This document shows, piece after piece, positions 43,227 through 53,300 of a stretch of 64,000 nt of DNA. The stretch spans positions 567,536-631,535 of the forward strand of contig JAHPZH010000001.1 in the NCBI GenBank assembly GCA_019058315.1, written 5' to 3'. The notes beneath the pieces were generated by a model that had not been told where the DNA came from, ran no database searches, and saw nothing but the letters and a program-made list of their open reading frames with translations. Position 1 is the first letter of the stretch. Every line of letters begins with the position of its first letter. The position numbers and the translations under genes are program-made. This DNA comes from Candidatus Helarchaeota archaeon (lineage in GTDB: Archaea > Asgardarchaeota > Lokiarchaeia > Helarchaeales > RDOG01).

Positions 43227-43370
43227 AATTAATATCCCTCATTAAAAATTCTGAATTATCACCACTATATTTTCTAACCTCTCTGTATATAAAAATTGGA
43301 TTATTATTTCATTATAAAAAATTTTAAAATCAATTTTTGGTTTAAGCGGGGATGCATAACCGAAAAATGG

Positions 43371-43418
43371 GGGATGCAGGGAGGTTTTCTCAAAAACAGT
43401 TTTCCGGTCCTGCATCCC
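43371..43418. repeat. GC-rich hairpin between surface-protein and regulator genes
   Basis: GGGATGCAGG (43371-43380) / CCTGCATCCC (43409-43418). Confidence 0.6.
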
Positions 43419-43486
43419 TTTCGCCACCATCAAAAATTATAATTTGTTTTAATAATATAAAAAAATTTAATAAAAAAATAAAAAAT

Positions 43487-46126
43487 TTAGGTTTTATAGT
43501 CTTCAATCTTTCTTAGCCATTCTTCCATATGTTCTTCATCTAAAGTAGCGAGATCTTTTAATAAAACCTCTTTTTCTTGTTCAGTTAGATGTTTTAGATT
43601 TTCTACTCTTAATAAAATATCCTTTGGGATAATTTTAAATGGTTTTGTTATAATTTTCTTAAGATCCTCAAAGGTTTCAGGTTCGAATTGCATTGATTCT
43701 CTAGTTGCAGCTGATTCTTCGGATTCTTTTAAAATAGCTCTGATTTCTTTTGCACCTAATTTGACATCTTTCTTTGCTTTTCCTTTTATGGCTTTTGCTT
43801 TTGTGATCTTTTTTGGTTCAAGTTTTAAAGCTCTTCTTCTTTGAAGAAATATAATTGTGCCAACAATAGAAGACGCTGCGACACTTCCGATGATAATAAT
43901 GATTATGATTCTAATATCTTCGCCTGGCGGGATTATGATGATTGGTTTTGGATTCTTTTTTACCTTAAATTGATAAAATGCTGAAGTATTTATTTGTCCG
44001 CTAGTATCATTGACCCAAATTGAGTAATTAATAGTTTTTTTACTGGCAGTCAAAGGAATTGTTGTATTATAGCTCCAATATCCATCCCATGTGCTTCCTG
44101 AAGTAAAATTCATTTCTAAATATTGAAATGTACCAAAAAGATTCGTATATAGAAAGACGTGAGAAACTTGTACGTTGTCTGTCACATGGACGGTAATATT
44201 TAGGGGATCAAGAGGTCGATATTTTTTCTGATTAAGAATAATTTCCAAAATATTAGGTGCTTCAGTATCTAAAGCCCCGTCCCTAGGTCCTAAGGCACTA
44301 ATTGTAGGTGGATTTTCAATAAGGATATCATATATATTATCAACGAAATCTTGTTTATCATTGATATTGGTTGAACCTATATCCATATAAAAATGCCAAA
44401 AATCGAAACTATGTGTAATTCCTGTCATTAGAGGGCTGGGACAGATTCCCATAGTAATTTGAAGAGCTGGATATCCAGCAAATGGAGGAAACCTGCATTC
44501 TCTAATCCGTAAACTATTTAACCAAATATCGGGAGCAATATCCCATAATGTTATTAAAATATTAGAATCACCAGTGTTTTCTGTAAACATCTTGCCTTGG
44601 TCTAATGTATAATAAGTCTCATGCCAACTTGCACCAGAATCATCAAAATCTTCTTGTGCCCAACTCCCCCCTTGATGAAAATATGATGCATTAAAGTCGA
44701 TATCTTGTCCTCCAGTAAGTGGATCAGAATATATTCCCGAAAAAGTATTTCCTCCTACTCCTGGATAGTGTTGATATTTATAGATAAATGAATTAGAATA
44801 GAATCTATAATAACACCAATCATTTTCATCATCACTTTGCCATGCCTCAATAAAAATAGGTCCATCACTGATTATTGGAGCGGACTCTGTTGCTCCAGTG
44901 ACGTTATTACCAGAAGAAGTCATAGCATATTGAGTTTGACCGGACAGATGTTCATTCCCATCCTTATCAAACTGTCTAAGAACATCCATATTAGTAGGAT
45001 ACATAATTGCAGAAGCCCCATCCGTGAAATTGACAGTGTAACCAGTCCTTGCTATATTTGTATAACTCGTCGATACTGTTGGAGTGCTGTTATAATATAC
45101 ACGATATTGTTTTGTCTCCGAGGCGGTTAAATTATCTATAAAAGCTACATTTACAGAAGAAATGTATAATATTCTATCTTCTGAATAAGCTGTTGCCCAA
45201 CTTGTATCTACTGCAGCAACATAAGAAGTACCTTTTGTTGCACCCGTGGCTCCAGCAATATATAGCGTATCAATATCTGCAGCTGGATTGTTCATATTAG
45301 CATCAATAAAAAGGCTTGACCAAGTATTAGCACTTTCATTCCAAAAATATCCTGAAAACTTATTTTCAGTGCAATTAAATGACATTTTGAATGTATACCA
45401 TTTATTTATTGAATATGGAATACCTGTATCTTGCAGCGAACCATTATGATAGCCAAAATTACCATCAGTTCTAAATAGAATTGAGCCTCTTGGATCAACT
45501 CCCCTTGACATGCTGAAACCTCCCCCATTGGTTTCATTAACTAACATAACAACATAAATCGTACCACTAGTCTGAGCCGTAAATGTATATCCAATGTTAT
45601 TACTTTGAACTGTATCATTATCATTGATTTCAACAACCTTTTCATACCCTTTAAATCGCGGAAGAACCCAGATATTTGTACCTACTGGTTCCCAAAGCAC
45701 CCAATTTGTTGTAGGATTTCCAAAATCAGGATCATTTTCAAAATTTTCCCAAGCTTGTAACTTTAAATTATAAACTTGGGAAATAATCTCGTCACTAGGT
45801 CCGTAAGGTGATTTATATAACCTTATTGAATCTTTAAAACAGTAATTATTTTCCTCATTGAAAATTACAGGATCTATTATTACATTCATTTGATTTGAAC
45901 CGGTGTTCTCTGTAACGGTAAATTGTTTAAAGTTTTCAAAACTTTTAGCAGATATTATGATATCTTCTACTTGGGAAGTTGCATTAAGAATTAGTGTGTT
46001 AGGAAATATATTCGATGAATTATTAGATATTGAACTTCCGATTCCAAGTATGCCTAAGAACATTAAACTTGTGAAAAACAGTAAGAAAATCCTTCTCTTG
46101 AAGTTACTTTTAGTTTTAAACCCCAT
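43487..46126 (-). CDS. Single-pass surface protein with conserved cytoplasmic helical tail (paralog 2)
   Basis: Paralog of 38000..40909 with one fewer Ig-like unit; shares KKNPKPIIIIPPGEDI and KPFK...LLKDLA.LDEE..EEWL. Confidence 0.8.
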   Translation of the reverse strand: MGFKTKSNFKRRIFLLFFTSLMFLGILGIGSSISNNSSNIFPNTLILNATSQVEDIIISAKSFENFKQFTVTENTGSNQMNVIIDPVIFNEENNYCFKDSIRLYKSPYGPSDEIISQVYNLKLQAWENFENDPDFGNPTTNWVLWEPVGTNIWVLPRFKGYEKVVEINDNDTVQSNNIGYTFTAQTSGTIYVVMLVNETNGGGFSMSRGVDPRGSILFRTDGNFGYHNGSLQDTGIPYSINKWYTFKMSFNCTENKFSGYFWNESANTWSSLFIDANMNNPAADIDTLYIAGATGATKGTSYVAAVDTSWATAYSEDRILYISSVNVAFIDNLTASETKQYRVYYNSTPTVSTSYTNIARTGYTVNFTDGASAIMYPTNMDVLRQFDKDGNEHLSGQTQYAMTSSGNNVTGATESAPIISDGPIFIEAWQSDDENDWCYYRFYSNSFIYKYQHYPGVGGNTFSGIYSDPLTGGQDIDFNASYFHQGGSWAQEDFDDSGASWHETYYTLDQGKMFTENTGDSNILITLWDIAPDIWLNSLRIRECRFPPFAGYPALQITMGICPSPLMTGITHSFDFWHFYMDIGSTNINDKQDFVDNIYDILIENPPTISALGPRDGALDTEAPNILEIILNQKKYRPLDPLNITVHVTDNVQVSHVFLYTNLFGTFQYLEMNFTSGSTWDGYWSYNTTIPLTASKKTINYSIWVNDTSGQINTSAFYQFKVKKNPKPIIIIPPGEDIRIIIIIIIGSVAASSIVGTIIFLQRRRALKLEPKKITKAKAIKGKAKKDVKLGAKEIRAILKESEESAATRESMQFEPETFEDLKKIITKPFKIIPKDILLRVENLKHLTEQEKEVLLKDLATLDEEHMEEWLRKIEDYKT

Positions 46127-46182
46127 GGTTCATTTTCACCTTTTTTTGTTTAAATCAGGTTAATATTATTAAAAAAAAATTG

Positions 46183-46212
46183 AATTTAAATCGAAATGGA
46201 ACAGTTTTATGC
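46183..46212 (-). promoter_or_regulatory. Conserved upstream element with TATA-like box
   Basis: Minus strand GCATAAAACTGTTCC-N6-ATTTAAATT; matches 40978-41007. Confidence 0.55.
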
Positions 46213-46481
46213 GATGATGAGTTTGCACTGAAATTGTGCTCTTAGGGTGAATTCATATTTTGGTGGAAAATTTTAAAAAAGGGTTATTAATGTGGGAATA
46301 AACAAATAAAAAATTTACTAAAATTTATTCATTTTTAAATTCATATATAATTTTGAAATTTATAATAAATTAATTCTGTATTTTGGGATAATTAAAGAAC
46401 GTACATTGAAAAAGAAGTTACCTTATTGAAACAAATAAGTTTAATATATCAGTATAAAAATTAACCAAATTGTGCTAAAAG

Positions 46482-46507
46482 TGGACTAGATGCCTTTTTA
46501 AATTAAA
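46482..46507 (+). promoter_or_regulatory. Repeated promoter/operator motif, copy 1
   Basis: TGGACTAGA-N4-TTTTTAAATTAAA; repeated at 47250-47275. Confidence 0.6.
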
Positions 46508-46539
46508 TAAAGGAATTTCAATTCATAAGCTCGGTAGGG

Positions 46540-47247
46540 ATTAACATCGATAAAATTAAACTTACAGCTTTAGAAAATTCAATTCTAAAACTGGCAAAGA
46601 AAATTGTTAGGAGGGGGCCCTTAAACATTCAAGAGCTATATTCATTAGCAATCAAAGAACTAAATTATTCTAAAATTGAGATTAGTAAGGGAATTTATCA
46701 ACTTACATTAAAAAAAGTCTTGGTTAAAGGGACTAAAATTACACAAGATTCCGTCCTTGAGAACTATGTTCGAAATAGAATTTTTAAATACATTTTAAAA
46801 AATCCAGGTACTCATTTGAGAGAGATTAGAGATAGATTGAGTTTGTTGCCTTTGCAGGCAGATTGGCATCTAAACATGCTAGAAAAATTTGGGTATATTA
46901 GAAAGAATAGAATTAAAAATAAAGTAGTGTATTTTGAGTCAAAAATTAATCCTGATCTTTATGATTCAATCTTTATTTTAAGAAATCTAGATAATTTGAA
47001 TATTATAAAAAAAATTTTAGCAGAACCAGATATTCCTTTAAACACTTTAGTGGGAAAAGTCCGATTAAGACCACGAAAAGTTAAAAATATCATTTTTAAT
47101 CTATTGGAAACAGATTTAATAAAGGAAATAATAGAAGATGGACAGGTAAAATATCGAGCAAATATAGAAAATATTAGTTCAGTAACAAAAATCTTTGAAG
47201 AATTAAGAATAAAAAATAATCAGAGGGGATCAAATTCAACCGTCTAA
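46540..47247 (+). CDS. Stand-alone winged-helix regulator (homolog of the N-terminus of the two fusion regulators)
   Basis: NPGTHLREI wHTH. The frame is open and homologous for 60 codons upstream of the tracked TTG at 46720; start placed tentatively at ATT 46540. Confidence 0.75.
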   Translation: MNIDKIKLTALENSILKLAKKIVRRGPLNIQELYSLAIKELNYSKIEISKGIYQLTLKKVLVKGTKITQDSVLENYVRNRIFKYILKNPGTHLREIRDRLSLLPLQADWHLNMLEKFGYIRKNRIKNKVVYFESKINPDLYDSIFILRNLDNLNIIKKILAEPDIPLNTLVGKVRLRPRKVKNIIFNLLETDLIKEIIEDGQVKYRANIENISSVTKIFEELRIKNNQRGSNSTV

Positions 47248-47249
47248 AA

Positions 47250-47275
47250 TGGACTAGACCCATTTTTAAATTAAA
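47250..47275 (+). promoter_or_regulatory. Repeated promoter/operator motif, copy 2
   Basis: TGGACTAGA-N4-TTTTTAAATTAAA, about 55 bp upstream of the 2597-aa gene. Confidence 0.6.
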
Positions 47276-47329
47276 ATTTGAAAATGATGAATTTAGATTG
47301 CCTAAAAAAACAAAAATATGTGATAAGAT

Positions 47330-50300
47330 ATGAAAAAAGATAAATTCGTAAACTTAATTTTGGCTTATTTTCTCATAATTTTCATATTTCTCCCCGTTAT
47401 TCATTCACCTTCATCAAATTTTTTGCCGCTATGGAGTAAAATAACAATTACTAACGAAATTCCGAAACATAAGCTTGAATTAGAAACTTCTGCTTTGGGC
47501 TGGCCCATGACTGAGGTGGTTTCCACGGAGAGTACGGGTAATTCTTATCATCCCTCGATCGCGGTGGACGGTACCGGGAACGTACATGTGGCGTGGGAAG
47601 ATTGGACGGACTATGGAGGTTCGGGAACGGATAATGATATATTCTATAAGTGCTGGAACGCAACCACTGGAACATGGAAGACTATAGAGGTGGTTTCCAC
47701 GGAGAGCATGGGGGATTCTTACTCTCCAACAATCGCTGCAGACGGTTTTGGGAACGTGCACGTGGCGTGGTATGATTTGTCGGATTACGGGGGCTCGGGG
47801 ACTGATTGGGATATATTCTATAAGCGCTGGAACGCCACCACAGGAACATGGTCAGGATTTATTAATACAACTGATGTAATCTCCACGGAGAGCACAGATC
47901 TTTCCCGTAAACCCTCACTGGCGGTAGACAGTTCTGGGAACGTGCACGTGGCGTGGGAAGATTGTACGGACTATGGGGGTTCGGGGACGGATAATGATAT
48001 ATTCTATAAGTGTTGGAACACCTCCACGAGTTCTTGGACTACGACCGTGCTAATCTCCACGGAGAGTACGGGTAATTCTTATAATCCCTCGATCGCAGTG
48101 GACGGTTCCGAGAACGTGCACGTGGCGTGGTACGATTTGACGGATTACGGAGGCTCGGGGACTGATAAGGATATATTCTATAAACGCTGGAACGCCACAG
48201 GAATATGGTCAGGATTTATTAATACAACTGATATAGTCTCTACGGAGAGCTCGAATGATTCTTGGCTTCTAGCAATCGCGGTGGACGGTTCCGGGAATGT
48301 ATACGTGGCGTGGTGTGATTTGACGGACTATGGGGGCTCGGGAACGGATCCTGATATATTCTATAAGTGTTGGAACACTACCACAGGAATATGGAACACG
48401 ACAGAGGTGGTTTCCACGGAGAGCACGGGTATTTCTTTTCATCCAACAATAGCAGTGGACGGTTCTGGGAACGTGCACGTTGCGTGGATGGATTATACGG
48501 ACTATGAGGGTGCAGGAACGGACCGGGATATATTCTATAAGCGCAGGAACGCCATCACAGGAATATGGTCAGGATATGTTAATGCGAGTGATGTAGTCTC
48601 CACAGAGAGTACGGGACAATTTTATAATTCCAGTCCAACAATAGCGGTTGATACTACTGGAAACGTGCATGTGGCATGGGATGATTCGACTAATTATGGA
48701 GGTTCGGGGACCGATCATGATATATTTTATAAACACCAAATAAATATTGCAAATAATTATTCGGATGATTTTAATTCCGGGACCTTAGATCCGAAATGGA
48801 TATGGCACGATGGGGGTGAAGGGGAGAGTTGGAACTTAACCGTTAATCCCGGAAATTTACGGATAATCTCGACGAGTAAGATTAATGCATGGTGGGGTAA
48901 TAATGGAGACAATATTATTTATATGCCATACATATATCAAAATTTTTCTAATATTCAATATTTTGAAATTATAACTAAGGTTAATCCTCCAGACGGAAAT
49001 GGAAAAGGGAATGGAATAGTTCTTTATGAGGATGATAATAATTATATTGTTTTAAATAACTATCGAGATAGTGTGGGAAATATTCTCTATGCACAGTATA
49101 GAAGTGTGGGAGATCCACTAACTAATATAGGTGTAATCAGAACTACCGTCAATTATTTTAAATTAATGCGAATAGGAAATTTAATTTCATATCAATATTC
49201 AAATGATGGAAGTTCTTGGAATATATTAGCAAATTATACTCATAACTACAATTTTATTCGGATGGGTATTTTTTGTTCAAGTGTAGGAGGAGGTATATTT
49301 AATTCAGATTTTGACTTTTTCAATTTCACAGAGTTAGCACCTTCTATGCCGCCACCAGATCCAAATACAAAAACCCCTCTTTGGAAATATGATACTGGTA
49401 GTTCTATTTATTCTGTTGCAATTACACCTAATGGTCAATATATTGCGGTAGGGACTGGAAACAGTTTACATTTTTGGGATATAAACTCTTCCACTCCTCT
49501 TTGGAGTTATTATGTTGGAGATGTTGTTCAAGCAGTGGATATGTCAGAAGATGGAAATTATATAGTTGCTGGAACTGGAGTTTTGGACCAGCCAGGTAAT
49601 GTTGTATTATGGCAACGTAGTAGTTCAACTCCAATATGGAATTATACAGGTTCTGGTAATTTTGGTTCTATTGCTATATCTGCTGATGGCAATTATATTG
49701 TTGCTGGAGACAGACTTTCAAATAACTTGCATTTATGGCATAGAGATAATTCTACACCTTTGTGGTCTTTCAATCCTGGTTCAGGTAATTGGGAATCGGT
49801 TGCAATTTCATCAGATGGATATTACATTGTCGCTAGTGATGGTTTCTATCATGATTATGTTTATTATTTTGATAGGACAAGTTCTACTCCTATGTGGAAC
49901 TATCAATGTGGTTCGGATGTTTGGTCAGTAGACATTTCAAAAGATGGGCAATATTACGCTGCAGGAAGCAAAGATCATAAAATATATTTCTGGCAAAATA
50001 ATAGTGATACACCAGTTTGGGATTATTCTACTAGTGGAGAAGTGTTTTCGGTTTCAATTTCAAACGACGGATCTCATATTGCAGCTGGAAGTGTCGATAA
50101 TAACCTATATTATTTTAAAACTGATAATTCTACTCCTCAATGGTCCTATACAACTGGTGATGATATCTGTTCAGAAAGAACTGTTTCCATCTCTGGAGAT
50201 GGAGAATATATTGCAGCAGGAACTAAGGATTCTAAAATTTATTTCTTCTATAGAAATGATTCTACACCCATATGGAATTTTACTACAATTACTGGATCTA

Positions 50301-53300
50301 TTGGAGCCATTGATTTATCGGATACAGGACAATATTTGGTAGCAGGCGGGCAAGATCATTATGTCTATGTATTTTCACAAGATAATGAAATGCCCCCAAC
50401 TTCAAATCATCCATTAGATATAATTACTACTGTAAGCGGAACAGAAACGATTAATTGGACACTTTACGATGATTCTGGACCAGGTCAATACCGAATTTGG
50501 GTTAATGATACTAATAATAACTATTATATATGGATTGATTGGACACCGTGGATTAATAATACTAATTTAATCGTTCCAATAAATAGAAGTACTGTCGGAG
50601 TGTTCAATTATACTATAGAATATAATAATAGCAATGGAACATTTGGAATTCCTGATATAGTTATAGTAAAAATAGAAATCTCGGTATTTAACTGGACTAT
50701 GACTGAAGTTATCTCTACGGAGAGTACGGAAGATTCTTCCCAGCCAGCAATTGCAGTTGATAATCTTGGAAATGTTCACGTGGTATGGAATGATTGGACT
50801 GACTATGGAGGTTCAGACATGGATTGTGATGTATTTTACAAGCGTTGGAATGCTATTACGAGCAACTGGACTTTGACGGAGGTAGTTTCCACTGAAAGTA
50901 CGCTTGATGTTTGGAATTTATCCATCGTGGCTGATAGTTCTGGGAATTTACACGTGGTTTGGAGCGATTGGACAGATTATGGAGGTTCAGGAACAGACAA
51001 TGATATATTTTACAAGTTCTGGAATGCTACTTCGGGAACTTGGAGCGGATATATTAATGCTACCGATGTGGTCTCTACAGAGAGCACAGGAAGCTCTAGG
51101 GATCCGGCAATCGCAGTGGATGGTTCCGGGAATGTGCACGTGGTATGGACTGAATGGTCTAATGGAGATATATTCTACAAATTCTGGAACTCTACCTCGA
51201 AAACTTGGAACGGGAATATTAATGCTACCGATGTGGTCTCCACGGAGGGCACAGGTCAATCTTGGTATCCATCTATCGATGTGGATGGATCCGGAAATGT
51301 GCACGTGGTGTGGGAGGATTCGTCGGATTACGGTGATTCGGGAACAGATGATGATATATTTTATAAATTCTGGAATGTTACCTCAAGAATTTGGAGTGGA
51401 AATATTAACACAACTGACATAGTTTCAACGGAAAGCACGGGGGGCTCTTGGTATCCATCGATCGCTGTGGATAGTTCTGGGAATGTACATGTGGTATGGA
51501 GCGATTGGACGGATTATGGAGGTGCGGGATTGAAAAATGATATTTTTTACAAATTCTGGAACGTAACCTCGGGAACTTGGGGTGGTAATTTTAATGCAAC
51601 CGATGTTGTCTCCACTGAAAGTACGGAAAGTTCTTACAGTCCATCGATATTTGTTGATAGTTTCAATAACTTACACGTGGTATGGGAGGATCATACGGAT
51701 TATGGGATGTCAGGAACAGATAATGACATATTTTACAAGTTGAGGAACGCTCCCTCGGGAATCTGGAGCGGAACTGTTAATATTACTGATATAATATCGA
51801 CAGAGAGCACGGGATCTTCTTGGAACCCATCGATAGTTGTTGACGGCTCTGGGAACATACATGTTACTTGGGATGATATGACCAATTATAATGGTTCAGG
51901 AATAGATCGTGATATATTTTATAAGAAAAAAACAATTACGGAATTACCATCTCCTCCTACTTCAAATCATCCAGCAGATATTATTACTCCATTAAGTGGA
52001 ACAGATACCATTAACTGGACACTATACGATGATTTTGGACCAGGTCAATACCGAGTTTGGGTTAATGATACAAACAATAATTACTATATATGGGTAGATT
52101 GGACAATATGGACTAATAATACTAATTTGGCCATTCCAATTAATAGAACTGCTATCGGAGTGTTCAATTATACTATAGAATATAATAACAGCATAGGATT
52201 ATTTGGGATTCCAGATACAGTTCTTGTATTTATTAATCTCCCTGCTCAGAGTAATTCTATTATTTATGGTCTAAATTCGTCTATAGGGTATAATTATCAT
52301 GCAATTCGTATAGATTTGGGTGATATAATAGTTGAAAATACTTTAAATCTTACTCCAGGTAAATTAAATGGGACTCCAGTGATTAATTCTACTATACTTG
52401 AAAACTCAAATGTTATATACGAATCATTTCTGGACAATATTAATCTGTTCGGGAATGCAAAGCTTACTATGAGAAATATATTTGAAACAGGATTAAATAT
52501 TTATTTATTCAATAACTCTGAATTGATCCTAGAGAATTGTACCCTTAATTCAATCACGGCTTGCGACACCTCAAAAGTTTGGATTAAGAATACAACTATA
52601 AACTATATATATGATTATATTAATTGGAGTTTTCCGATTATTTTTGATCCCAGCCCCGACTCAAGTACAATATATGTATTACAAAAATCAACTATAAGCC
52701 AAGTTCACTTATCTGGTGGATCAAATTTTGTAGTTGAAAATAGCACGATTGATTGGATGACAATGCAATCTTTAGCGAACATAATATCAGGAATTTCAAG
52801 AATTTCTTTGCAAGCAACGATTACTAATTCAACGTTAAATTATCTTAGGCTTTATAGGGATTCAAAAGCTACGGTATTTAGCTCACAACTTATTACAGCA
52901 TATGTGTATGATATAGCAAAATTGAGTTTAGTTGCGTCCACAATTACGAATTTATATTATGGCATAATTTGCAATTCAGGATTCACAAGTATTGTTGATG
53001 GTGTTCCAAGTGGAGGTTATATAAATAATACTCAACTAATCGGAACTTCACCATCTGGTTCGTTTGAGCTTATAAGTGTTGCAGTAACCGGTTCTGCATC
53101 TGCCTATATAGAGGGATGGCTAACAACTACTTCATTTGATCTATATTTATATGATTCTTCCTTAGCTCAGTTAAATTACACTTTTGATGCGAATTTAATA
53201 TGTTCTTATAATAATTCTCAATTAGACATTGAAAATTCGATTATAACAACTATAATGGCGTATTTGAATTCTTCAGTAACAATCCAAAAAAATTGTTCGA

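Noticed and set aside
43242-43433. 63-aa ORF across the GC hairpin
   Set aside because: No recognisable protein features; better explained as a structured intergenic region
47500-51925. Regular repeats as a CRISPR array or DGR template/variable region
   Set aside because: Repeats are in-frame coding units of about 175-195 bp with no spacers; no cas or reverse transcriptase gene is present; differences are not adenine-specific
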